The translations under genes and the position numbers were made by a program. Under the pieces are notes generated by a model. It saw nothing but the letters and a program-made list of their open reading frames with translations, was not told where the DNA came from and ran no database searches. From contig OX597821.1 in NCBI GenBank assembly GCA_951406725.2, positions 25,730,001-25,794,000 on the forward strand: DNA of 64,000 bases. The letters run 5' to 3'. Shown here one piece after another: positions 39,572-51,614 of the stretch. The DNA comes from Octopus vulgaris. Lineage: Eukaryota. Position 1 is the stretch's first letter. Every line of letters starts with the position of its first letter.

Positions 39572-41083
39572 TACTAGGCTAAAAAGAAAGTCTTATTGTA
39601 TTTCAAGATGGGAAAGAAACAAATGCTTCTTTGATCTTAATTGATATATTCAATCAAGATATTTCCTCTCATTATTGATAACATAATCCCATCTATTTGG
39701 CAAATTGTTGATCCCTCAGGCATAAAATTCTTCAGGTTTTGAAGCAAAAAAATACTCAATATAAGTTTTAACCTCTTCACAATTAATAAACTGTTTTCTT
39801 TCTAAATAATGTTACAATGACCTGAAAACATGATAACCAAGTGAAGCAAAGTCAGGAGAGTAACAAAAAGAAGACAAAATTTCCATATTTAGTGCCATAA
39901 TCTTTTCCTAAATGACTTGGGTAATATGTGATCTTGCATTATCATGTAAGAGCAACATTCCTTTACGATCAACCAATGATGGAGCACTTTTTCTGCAGAG
40001 TTTTGAGCAATACTTCTAACTGATGGCAACACTTCAAATGAACTGTTTCGTTATGGTTTAACACTTTATGACAGAAGACACCTTTCATATTGCACTGAAC
40101 AAGAGAGCATAACTTTTTTGGGGTGTAGTACTGGTTAGTGGATGTATTTTCCTTTTCCATCGAGTACTAATCATTATCATTTTTGTTGAATATAATTATA
40201 AAGAACCTACTTTTCATCATTTGTGATTATTCTAGCCAAAAAATGTTCAGTAATAAATCTTCTGAGGAGCAGTCAGATGATGAGAGACCCATTGACCAAA
40301 TTTAGGCACATTTTCTAGTCCATGAAGATATTTTATGATTGAATTGTGACTTAGTTACTTAGTTAGTTAATTTTTTGGCTCAAAAAGCAAAAAGCAAGGC
40401 CATGTAGGGGGACATGGAGTTATGTACAGGGTGGTGTTCATGTAAAGGGTTCAGGCCACTTGAGGTCAAGGGAGACTTTGAACAAAGCGGTCGTCGGCAT
40501 CTTCACCATCTCGTCTGGCAGCTTGTTCCACGGATCCGCAACCCGGACGGAGAAAACCCCTCTCCTTCGATTGAGATGAAATCGTCGCAGATAGAGCTTT
40601 TTGGAATGACCCTGCAGCCGACGTTCTGGAGCAGGAGTGAAGAACAGCTCTTTCGACAGGTTACACTTTCCGCTTAAACTGTTTTGAACTGTTTGTGAAT
40701 TCTCATGCAATTTGCCTTGGGTTTTCCTAAATTATGGTTCTCAGAAGTTCAATATTGACAGAACTTGGTCAATTAGATTGTGTCCATATGCTTAAAGCTT
40801 CATCTATATAGACAAAATGAATATTTCTTGCCTCTTCCATTGCTGGAGAGCCCCTTTTGAATTCATATATCATGCAGTGTCTGATATAGATCAGCTTTAA
40901 ATTCATTTTAAAAGACTAACATCAATATGAATTTAACCACTTTGGTATAAAGTAATCCACAAAGAAAGAAAAAAAAACAAATTAGAATGTAAAAGTTAAT
41001 GCTTATTTTACTGTAAATATTGAAAAAGTACCCTCAAAGTGACCGTGTCAACATTGCAACTGGTCTTTCTTTGATACCTAATA
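39572..41083 (-). mobile_element. Decayed mariner element interrupted by a CR1 3' fragment
   Basis: Imperfect TIRs TACTAGGCTAAAAAGAAAG / reverse complement TATTAGGTATCAAAGAAAG. Minus frames give IRHCMIYEFKRG, FGQWVSHHL (WVPHEL-like), IITNDEK, LHDNARSH, YSPDFAS..YHVFRSL and LPNRWDYVI. Confidence 0.8.
40350..40677 (-). mobile_element. CR1-type LINE 3' end (longest of three copies)
   Basis: ELFFTPAPERRLQGHSKKLYLRRFHLNRRRGVFSVRVADPWNKLPDEMV; TAACT tail. Confidence 0.85.
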
Positions 41084-41190
41084 TTTACAGTTCATTTCTG
41101 TATTGCTGATTTTTCAATCATCTGACCTTTTCTTAATCTTAACTTTCTGAGAAGGCATGTAGCCTAGTGATTAGACAACTGGACTCTTAA

Positions 41191-41410
41191 CCCTTTTGTT
41201 ACTGTATTTATTTTGAGATGCACTGTGTTTCTTTCAAATACTTAAAATATAACAAAGAAGTTAGTAAAATAACTTAGTTATCATTCAGCTAGTGTCAGGA
41301 ACACAAATTGTGACTAAGGTTTGGTGGTAAATTTTATTTCAAAACTCATGAAAACAAGACATTTGTACTCAGAGCCAGAGCCGGTTTCAGCTGGGTCGGT
41401 AATGAAAGGG
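41191..41410. mobile_element. piggyBac-like MITE inserted in a SINE head
   Basis: TTAA-CCCTTTTGTTAC...GTAATGAAAGGG-TTAA; the flanks rejoin into a tRNA-like SINE head. Confidence 0.8.
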
Positions 41411-41667
41411 TTAATCATAATGTTGTGGGTTCAATTCTCCACTTAGAAGCACATTGTGTTCTTAAATAAAGCACTTTAAATATGTTACTCCAATCCACTT
41501 ATGTTTCAAAAATGAATATTGAGACTGACAGAGTAACCCAGTCAGTGTGAAGCTAGCATGACAATATTAATGAGTCAGTGACACATCCCAAATCCTCCAA
41601 ACATGAAGTGGGATACATTTAGCACTAAACTGCTATAGCCTGTCTTTGTCTTTTAACGTTAATCTTG

Positions 41668-41997
41668 GGAGACCCCCTTCGGTCATGAATGACTATGAGA
41701 TTGCACCTAGAAAGTTACCCTCCGAGGTACAAGTCCAGGCAAGGTTGTTTATGGAAGACCAGCAGTCGCCCATGCATGCTGGCCTCCTCTCTCCACACTA
41801 CCGATGTTATCCAAGGGAAAGGCAAAGGGGCTGATACAGCATGGCACCAGTGGTGTCGCAACTCATTTCTACAGCTGAGTTAACTGGAGCAACGTGAAAT
41901 AAAGTGTCTTGCTCAAGAACACAACACGCAGCCCAGTCCGGGAATCAAACTCACAACCTCACAATGGTAAGCTCGACGCTCTAACCACTGAGCCAAA
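41668..41997 (-). mobile_element. SINE family C
   Basis: GACCCCCTTCGGTCATGAATGAC...CTAACCACTGAGCCA. Confidence 0.85.
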
Positions 41998-42539
41998 TGG
42001 ATGATGTGTTCTACTGCTTACTCATGAATTGTGACTTCGAGGTTTTTGTAGGCATTTTATTATAAATTTTGACAGAACGCTATATTCTACATTGCTTCAA
42101 ATTAACATGTTGATAATAGACACCAAAATCTTCAGGGAGTACTACATGAGACTGACTGGCATACTATCCAGTGGGAGACTTCATACTAAGAAAACATAGT
42201 TAAGTACTGTCTCTTAACCCCCTACTTCTTGAGCCTTGAAAAACCTTATTATTTTCTTACCTTAATCATTTTATCCTTTCTTCATTGAACTTTGATTATT
42301 CTAAATCTATGCTATATTGCTGTGTAAATCATTCAGACTCTATCAATGCATTCCACATCATTGAAAATTTCACTCAGACCACACTCACAAGCTACTCACA
42401 CAATGAAACAACAATACTTAACATGAAAGACTACATAGATATGAAAAAAGCACAGCTTGTTGCTGTATAAAACTGCAAACATCACAGTCACTGTTACAAA
42501 ATGAACAATTATCTCCGCACAGAGGGATGTCTGGGTAAC

Positions 42540-42940
42540 AAACTTGCTTCTCAACCACGAGGCTTTGCATTCAGTCCCACTACTCTACACCTTGGGCAAA
42601 TGTCTTCTACTATAGCCTTAGGCCAATCAAAGCCTTGTGAGTGGATTTGGTAAATAGAAACTGAAAAAAAAACTATCGGGTGTGCATGTGTGTGTCTGTG
42701 TCTGTGTGTGTATGTGTCTGTGTGTGTGTGTGTCTGTGTGTGTGTTTGTGTTAGTGTTTGGCCCCCACAACTGCTTGACAACTGATGTTGCTTTGTTTAA
42801 ATCCGTGACTTAGCAGTTTGACAAAAGAGACTAATAGAACAAGTATGATGCTTAAAATTAAGTACTGGGGTAAATTTGCTTAACTAAAACTCTGCATGGC
42901 TGCACTCCAATGGACTGAAACAAGTAAAAGATGAAAGATA
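42540..42940 (+). mobile_element. SINE family B, diverged
   Basis: CCTTGGGCAAATGTCTTCTACTATAGCC core and TGAAACAAGTAAAAGA tail. Confidence 0.75.
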
Positions 42941-43201
42941 ACTACTATATTCTAATTCACTCCTGCAATTAAACCATTCTGAAGCTATGTTTCCCATTCA
43001 TACACTAAAATGTAGCAGCAGCCTTAATAGCCTCATTAATCTCCAAATACTGTTCTAAGATGCACAGTATCAATAATAATTGCAGAGCAGTAGCAGCTAT
43101 TCCATTCAGACCAAGTTCATTTTGCCCACTTTTATGATAGCCATGACCAAAATCTACAAAGATTAAGGAATAGACTGGGCAATGGAGACAGCCTGACTTC
43201 A

Positions 43202-43615
43202 CCCTTTAGCATTTACACCAATCTATCCGGCCCAAATATTCTATTTGTTTTATGTTGAAACCAACCAGATTTGGTCTATCACACCTATTCTACAATGTAA
43301 TTCTGAAGATAAACAGTCACATCAACAATGCATGTTTAGTCCATTTACTCTGTCAAATGTAATGCTTATTCATTCAAAGTTTTCATGCATTATCAAAGTT
43401 TTCATGCATTATCACATAGCTTCAAGATTTCAATCATGTGACTATTTATTTTTTCAATGACATTGTAGGGTAGGTGTAAACAGCTGGCCAGTTTGAGCAT
43501 AAAGCAGACAGAATATTTGGGTCAGATATGGCTGGTTTAAATGATAAGGTGTTAATTCAAAAGAGAGTCAATAAATAAGCACTGCTTTTGGCTGAGAAGT
43601 CTGAATGCTAAAGGG
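43202..43615. mobile_element. piggyBac-like MITE(s), probably nested
   Basis: Termini CCCTTTAGCATT / AATGCTAAAGGG; internal inverted segments. Confidence 0.6.
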
Positions 43616-43842
43616 TTAGATAGACTATAACACTGCATTGCATGCAGTCAGCCACTACATGTCAGAATGCTGAGTGTCGTCTTCCCTGTGATAATTATTA
43701 CATGTCTAGAGCTATGAATTTGTGTATCACATCTAGTTGTTCAGCCAGTTACCAACGTGCCATGGGTCTTATCATTCAGGTTTGATTTGGAGCTAAACAG
43801 TAACAATAACAGCAGCAACACGTTCACAGGGTTTTGTCATTC

Positions 43843-44752
43843 TATTAGGTTGTCAAGTATGAAATTTGTAGAAAAGAAAAAGTTTGCTAATGTTTTATAA
43901 GTACAAGGAATAGTTTTATTCATCAAAGTATGCACCCATATTGCCAATACAGTTTTGCCATTTCAGTGGTAGCTTGTCCAGCTCGAAACTGTAAAAGCCT
44001 GGCAATCTAGAGTCAATAACATCTTGGAAGGCCTGTTTTACAGCATCGTCAGAGTTAAAGCTTTTTCCTATCAAAAAGTTATTCAAATTCTGGAAGAGGT
44101 GGTAGTCAGTGGGGCCAAGATCAGGTGTGGATGGTGAATGAAGAACTTCCAACTCCAACTCCTGTAGTTTCGCCACTCTTATGTTTGCTATGTATGGTCT
44201 GGCGTTGTCTTGCAATAAAATAGGAGTGGATCTGTTGACTAATCCGATTTGAACTAGGTGAGTCAATATTGTTTGCTTTCTAACACCAAATAGCAACGAT
44301 AATTCATGGGCACTTTGAGATGGATCTGACTTGACAGTGGCTTTCAGTTCATCATTATCCATCTTTGTTTCTGGTCAACTGCGTTGCTCATTTGTGAGGT
44401 CAAAGTTACCAGAACAAAATTTTGCAAGCCAATTTTATACTGTCTGCTATGTAATAGCATTAGAATCAAATACTCCATTAATATTCCAAGCTGTCCGTGA
44501 TGCTGTATTTCCAAGAAAGAACTCATATTTCAAAACTGTATGAATTTCCGACGTATCCATTTCCAAATAAAAATAGCAAAAAGCGGTTTATAAATACTTT
44601 ATAAAGCTGAAAATGATTTAGAATAAAGAAATAGATGTGTCATCTTTCTAACAAAAAATAAAGATTGTCAAAATATAATAATGGTGCAAAATGAGCAGCT
44701 GTCAAAGTTTACCATATATCTTACTACAAATTTCATCCTTGATGACCCAATA
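43843..44752 (-). mobile_element. Internally deleted mariner element
   Basis: TIRs TATTAGGTTGTCAAGTATGAAATTTGTAG / reverse complement TATTGGGTCATCAAGGATGAAATTTGTAG. Confidence 0.9.
43916..44560 (-). pseudogene. Mariner transposase pseudogene
   Basis: MDTSEIHTVLKYEF (HTH region with in-frame stops)...LLQDNARP...PDLGPTDYHLF...LPLKWQNCI; the WVPHEL motif and first catalytic Asp region are deleted. Confidence 0.9.
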
Positions 44753-45099
44753 TATTGACAAATGTGGTCAGCAACTGCTTCAACCAAGACATTTATTATC
44801 TACAAAGTATAACAATGTTCCTTATAAACAAATGTGGGTACTTTTACATTGCTGCTCTAATCTACCTCAAGCAACCAAATTTTCCTCAAATTACTCTCTT
44901 TTGAGACACACAGTGTTTTGGTATATGTTGCCAAAAAGACCAAAATTTTTTTCTAATGAGATAAATCTACCGAAAGACAATCTCTGATTAATTATTACAC
45001 TTCAAAACCAACCATTCACAACATTTGGGCTGATGGATTGGCCTCAAAGTCCCTTCAGCTTGTATCACTTGGCCGATCAACTGGCCTGGGTATCCCAAG

Positions 45100-45320
45100 A
45101 TAAGGAAAGGCTACATTGGGTAATCTATTCCTAAAAAGATGAGGTGCTTCTGGCTGGAATATCTTTGATCAGGGGTTACTTGAATAATGACAATAATACA
45201 TGACATGTTCTTATGCCATGCTCTGCATTGTTTTCTTTTCTCCAGCATCTTGAAAAAGGAATTCTTGGGTGATAAATGTTTTATCAAAATAGATTTCAAC
45301 ATATTCTTTATTTAACATAA
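45100..45320 (-). pseudogene. Small Penelope-like RT C-terminal remnant
   Basis: ILIKHLSPKNSFFKML...KNMSCII resembles the PLE LIDKHFP...KIFN...PNM..II region. Confidence 0.4.
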
Positions 45321-45988
45321 TGTTATCATCTGTAATACAAATATTTAAGGAATCTCTTAAATTGGTGTAAAGTTACTGTTTATTATTATTATATAATATA
45401 AAGTTACTATTTGTTGTATATTTCTTCTTTATTCTACTTTGATGAAGGCTTCACTTGAAACATTAGTCTGCTTCTTACCCTTTTCTTTCTCATTTTTTTC
45501 TTTTGCATTTTATTCACTGTGCACAACTTTTTATGCCAATGTTTTTGTGTGTTTTTGTGTTTACAATGTTTTTGTGTTTACATTTTGTCCATCTCCTTTT
45601 GAATTTTTATCTACTTGTTGCGACTTTTCCTCTTTCATTTTGTGCTATTGTACCTATAAGAATTTAGAAACTTTGAGAGAACGTGTAATAATTCTTTTTT
45701 AACTGTAGAACTCAAAGTAGATAAAACTATAAATAATAATGTGTAAATACTGAGTTAAATATACTTTTGGATAGAAAATATCTAAGGCTGCCCATAGGAC
45801 ACAAATCCACATCTTCTGTAAACATCAGAGACATTCTATCATTGAACCAAAGCAATCCTTCAAAATGTGGAGGTGTGTGGCTTAATGGTTAGGGTGTTGG
45901 ACTCATCATCATAAAATTGTAGATTTGACCAGTGGACTGGGGGACACATTGTATTCTTGAGAAAAACACTTCTTTTCACATTACTCCT

Positions 45989-46275
45989 GTTGTTGTTCGT
46001 TCCTTCTCATAAGGGCCAGTTTTCCGGTTTCTTGGTGTATAGGTTCCCCACCTGGACGGGACGCCGGTCCATCGCAGATGAGCTGCAAGATGCAGGAGGA
46101 AAGAGTGAGAGAAAGTTGTGGCGAAAGAGTACAGCAGAAGTTTGCCATTACCTTCTGCCAGAGCCGCATGGTGCCTAGGTGTTTTCGCTCATAAACACAC
46201 ACCCGGTCTGAGATTCGAATCCGCAATCCCTCGACTGCGAGTCCGCTGCTGTAACCACTAGGCCATATACCTCCA
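45989..46275 (-). mobile_element. tRNA-derived SINE nested antisense in another SINE
   Basis: 12-bp TSD CACATTACTCCT (45977-45988, 46276-46287); head TGGCCTAGTGG...GATTCGAATCTC; core GCGATGGACCGGCGTCCCGTCCAGG. Confidence 0.85.
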
Positions 46276-46559
46276 CACATTACTCCTATCCACTCAGCTG
46301 ATAAAAACAAGTAATCCTGCAACAGTCCAGCATCACATCCAGGAGGTAAATATATACGCCATAGAAACTGAAAAACCAGCCCTTGTTACTCGAGAAGAAA
46401 CCTTTACCTTTATCCTTCAAAATTCTATAAATATAAATATAATATTCATTGTATACACTCATTTAAGCACATCCACATATACAAGCATTTACACACAAAT
46501 GCAAGCAATGAAATAGACACAAACAATGAATACATGCATTTTTCTTTTTTTCCAATTTC

Positions 46560-49450
46560 ATTATCAGAGAAGGAGTGGTTAGTATCCATGACCTTTATAC
46601 GACATCCCAAATTGCAAGGTCATTTTCAGTTGCTGACATATACTCGTATGTGTGTGATATGCTAATAAGTAGCACACACATATAAAAATATATTAAATTA
46701 TTTGGGACTAATTTCTGAAGATGTGCCTACAAGATGACATTGACTAATTTCTTCCTTTGTGCAAGCATATGTTGTAGTTCTATAGTCTATAGTGAGCATG
46801 CACTGGAATAATTTATGTAAGGATTGCTTAGATCATACTTATATTCATGGCTTCTCGCTTAAATTCAAAATATGCTTCAATAGATTTACTGAATTCTTTC
46901 TGTAAATATTGCAGAACAAGTATGTTATCGTGTACAGCTGGCCTTGAACATTTTGCTTGTTGCTCCAATATACTTTTTGTTGGTGTGTCCTTCTTGCAAT
47001 ACTGTTGCCTTTTAGCTTACTTGTATTTTTTTAGGCAATTTCAAGGCATAGCTTTGATCCATGCGGATGCATCTATTTTGAGTTGTGGGCTTTGTGATAT
47101 ATACTCTTTTACTTGTTTCAGTCATTTGGCTGCGGCCATGCTGGAGCTCCGCCTTTAGTCGAGCAACTCGACCCCGGGACTTATTCTTTGTAAGCCCAGT
47201 ACTTATTCTATCGGTCTCTTTTGCCGAACTGCTAAGTGACAGGGACGTAAACACACCAGCATCAGTTGTCAAGCAATGCTAGGGGGACAAACAGACACAC
47301 AAACACACATACATATATATATATATATATGACAGGCTTCTTTCAGTTTCCGTCTACCAAATCCACTCACAAGGCATTGGTTGGCCCGGGGCTATAGCAG
47401 AAGACACTTGCCCAAGATGCCACGCAGTGGGACTGAACCCGGAATCATGTGGTTGGTTAGCAAGCTACTTACCACGCAGCCACTCCTGCGCCTATATATG
47501 GTTATTTATAGTTTGGGTGGTATATAATTTTGTCCTGCTGTAACTAAATTTTGTGTTGTTCCTACTGAGTAACTTGTATCTGTGGACAGTTGGAAAATAT
47601 TTCGTGATTTGTATTAGGAAGATTACTGCTACTTTAGTCACACTGTTTAAGCCAGAGGTTTCTCTTTTGTTTTGGTTGTATTTTGGTTTACAGTTCATTT
47701 GCATAACTTTTTTAAACCTGCTTGTTAGTAGGGCTTTATTGTAAACTGATACTGCTTGGTCAAATATTTTATCAGATGATATTGTAGAAATTCTTTGGAT
47801 TATATTGGTGACTTGGTTTTTAATTATCAAAAGAGGGTGGTTATAGTGTTATACATACATACATACATACATGCATACGTATATATATATATATTCTTTT
47901 CTATTAGTATCACTTTCAACATGTCTTAATTCTGTCATATAGCCAAAAAGCTTTCTATGTGTAAAACAAAATATTTGTATCATTTATTATTTGTTTATTT
48001 TTTTCATTAGTTTCATTGCTTTCCCATTTTAAATATTTTCCTGTTTTCCTCATAACTTGTCCATTTTTACCATTTCAGTCTAGACACCCATTCTTTCTAT
48101 TTTACTTGTTTCATTTTGTCCTTCATGTTCACTCATTTACACCCCAGCAACATTCTGCTATTGGCAGCATCAAAATGAACAATATTATTGATAAGGTATT
48201 GAAATTGTAATTATTTTTTGTTGATATCTGATGAGGTGTGAGCCTATCCATGCCCTTTGTGTGCTTTTTACCTATTTCCATTTGTTCCTTCATTTCCTCC
48301 TGTGACACTATTGTATATATATTAAGGAAAAGGAGGTAGTTAGGATTTGGATAAGAACTATTCATTTAGCTCTTTCATCCCTTTCAGGGATTCATCATGA
48401 ATAATTTTTTTAATAGAAAATTCATACCTTATATACATATATGAGTTAGTTGAAAAATCTGGAGTTGAATTTGTTTTCTTGGATTTTGGGATGAGGATGC
48501 TTTGGGAGTGGTTGAGATGTTCTTTGTTATTTAGAATCTGTGTGTATATATATCTATGTGTGTGGTGAATTTTTGGAGGCTTGGTTAGAGAGAGAAAAGA
48601 AAGAAAGGAAGAAAAGTGTCATGGGCTCTTTATTTGGGATTCTGTAATAATAAGGTTTATCTATGGTTAGGATCAATGTAATGTTTAGGAAATCTACTAT
48701 AAAGAAATTGGTTTAGATGACTATTTTGAGGTTGAACTCTTTGAAGGCATGTATTGCATATATTCTAAATGTCTTTTATTTGCCTCTGCCTATGTTTTAG
48801 GAAACTGATTGGCCATTGTCTCTACTCTAGATTGCTTGGATATGTTGCCTAGTTTTTCTGCTATATATATATTCCTACTAGTTTGCTTGTTTCTACTCCA
48901 TTGTAGCATCACATACAACTGTTTATTTTCTTTCTTTATCTATGGTGAGCTATCATTGAATAGAAGAGACTTTCTCAAGTGCATTATTATATTATGTCGC
49001 TGGTTGCTGATTATGATAAAGTTTTTTTTTACAAATACCAGCACTTTTATTAGGAGGTATTTTCCAATTAACAGGAAGAAATCTACAATGTAGAATTGTG
49101 TGAATTTATATAAAATTTTGTTCTTTTATCCCTGTACACCAGTTAATGACAGATGTACTTTCACTCTATTGTATTAATCTTGTCACTTGTCTAATTTTGG
49201 AGTTGATATTGTCAAGGATTTTATAATTTATATATTATTATTATTTTTTTTTTTTTTTTGAGGTAGGGAAGAAGTGTATTCTGAAAAGTAACCCTTGTGG
49301 TCATTAAGTGTGAAGTATAATGTCACTTTGCTAGGCATCCCGTTTTGTCTTTGATTTATAAGTTTGTTACTAATTCTTGTTCTCCTCTGCTGATTGCATT
49401 GTACATATATTCTGGTTTACTTTTTGCGTTTTAATTATGTTGTTGAGGAA
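46560..49450 (-). pseudogene. Degenerate Penelope-like retroelement (RT plus GIY-YIG), Naiad-like, interrupted by insertions
   Basis: Minus frames give FTQFYIVDFF, NIIMHLRKSLLFN, FKEFNLKIVI*TNFFIVDFLNITL (RT); ORF 47492-47830 IIQRISTISSDKIF..YNKAL..KYFPTVHRYKLLSRNNTKFSYS (thumb/linker); KKYIGATSKMFK (YIG). Confidence 0.8.
47103..47492 (-). mobile_element. SINE family B, full length
   Basis: Inserted in the Penelope-like relic; near consensus. Confidence 0.9.
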
Positions 49451-49476
49451 CAGTTTTGAGTGGGTGTCTTTGTCTC

Positions 49477-49856
49477 TTACTCTTTTACTTGTTTCAGTCA
49501 TTTGACTGCGGCCATGCTGGAGCACCGCCTTTAGTTGAACAACTCGACCCCGGGACTTATTCTTTGTAAGCCCAGTACTTATTCTATCGGTCTCTTTTTG
49601 CCGAACCGCTAAGTGACGGGGACGTAAACACACCAGCATTGGTTGTCAAGCAATGCTAGGGGGACAAACACACACACATACACATATATATATATACATA
49701 TATACGACAGGCTTCTTTCAGTTTCCGTCTACCAAATCCACTCACAAGGCATTGTTCGGCCCGGGGCTATAGTAGACACTTGCCCAAGATGCCACGCAGT
49801 GGGACTGAACCCGGAACCATGTGGTTGGTTAGCAAGCTACTTACCACACAGCCACT
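49477..49856 (-). mobile_element. SINE family B
   Basis: Near consensus. Confidence 0.9.
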
Positions 49857-51078
49857 ATTTGTATACACAATTTTTTTTTTCTAATATTCAGTGATTTGGT
49901 GTATGAATTTAGCTTGTTTTCTAAGCTGTTTCTATAATTTTAAAATCTTAACCTCTTTATCATTTGTATGAGGCCCACTTTAAATGAATCTAAGTCTGTC
50001 AATTGCGATGGGCAGTCGAGGGTTCTGACGACAAATATTTCTTGTGTCATTTGCATAGTAGTATGCATTCCCTTGCATATGCTCAATAATATTGTGGAAT
50101 AAGCATTTCAAGGGATGATTTTTGCTAAATATTTAAATGTATGATACTCCATATTCAGCTTGCTTCTGTATACCTAAATAATTTTTGACCTCGTAGGAAC
50201 TGTTTATACATTCAAATGCTATAGTTTGTCAACAAACAAGGAAGAGGATAATCACTGCATGGTGTAAAGTACATGGCACATTCAAATAAAATCCTTTTTT
50301 TCTTGTGATTCAACTTTCACACAAAAATAAACACCTAGCAAAGAATTTTTTGCAATATTTTGGGCTGATTTATATACACTGAAATAAGGTTATTCTTTGC
50401 ATATGACTATTACTATCATTGACCATATTCTAAATGTTGCTTTATTTAGGTGTCGTCTGTGATTGTCATTGACTCATGTGCCAATTCATTGCCTATAGAG
50501 TTTCATTCACCAGCTTTGCCGTTATATCTGGGTTGTCATTTGAATATGAAATATAAATAATGTTATATATTATGTATAACATATATGTATGTCTATGTAA
50601 TATATGCATATACATACATACAGCTTCTGAGCACCGCCACGACAACATCGATTTCTTTGTCTGCCGTAAGGCATTATTTTCCATATACGCCAGCTAAGCT
50701 AAGTTGAACTGTCTAAAGTCGAAAGACACCTGTTGTTTTTGTCCTGTTATTATTATTATTGTTTTTTGTATTTATATTCGTGTGGCATCGTCCATTTTTC
50801 TGTCCTTGTTTCGTATACATTCAATCCTTTTTCCCAGAAATCTAATGCTCGTAGCTTAGTTTTTCCTTAGGGCTGGCCTGATCGGAGCGATCTCAAGATT
50901 AATCAGCCGAAATTGCGAGGATGATCCGGTTCTTGACTGAAGATTAGAGGCTTCAAATGACACGTCCATTTTTTGTGTCATCTATTTGAATGTTTTGCGT
51001 TCTTGTCCCATTTTGTATTTTTATATATATTTTTTATACATATATATATATATATATGTATATATATGTGTATATATA

Positions 51079-51121
<43 letters not shown>

Positions 51122-51371
51122 GTGTGTGTGTGTGTGTGTGTATAATAGTTTGATTTGGTTATAGTATAACTAACATAGTTCATGAAATGTACCACAGTGT
51201 AACTGACTTAATCTAGCAAATATAACAGTGTAACACAGTGACTGATATAGTTATGCATTTGATGGAATGTGTTGCTTATACTACAATGTTAGTACATTTC
51301 CTGATTCGTAACAGTCACACTATAATGTGCTTTATGGACTGTGTCAGTTACAAATTAGTGTCTGACTGTGT

Positions 51372-51560
51372 CCGCCGGGTGAAATGCTTAGCGGTATTTC
51401 ATCTGTCTTTATATTCTGAGTTCAAATTCCGCCGAGGTCGACTTTACCTTTCATCATTTCGGGGTCAATAAATTAAGTACCAGTTGTGTACTGAGGTCGA
51501 TCTAATTGACTGGCCCACCACCCCAAAAATTTCGAGCCTTGTGCCTAGTGTAGAAAACAA
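51372..51560 (+). mobile_element. SINE family A, 5'-truncated
   Basis: GCCGGGTGAAATGCTTAGCGG...GTCGACTTTACCTTTCATC. Confidence 0.8.
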
Positions 51561-51614
51561 TATGGTTCATAACACTGTGTCAGATGTTCATGTGTTTCAT
51601 GATCAGTAACCATA

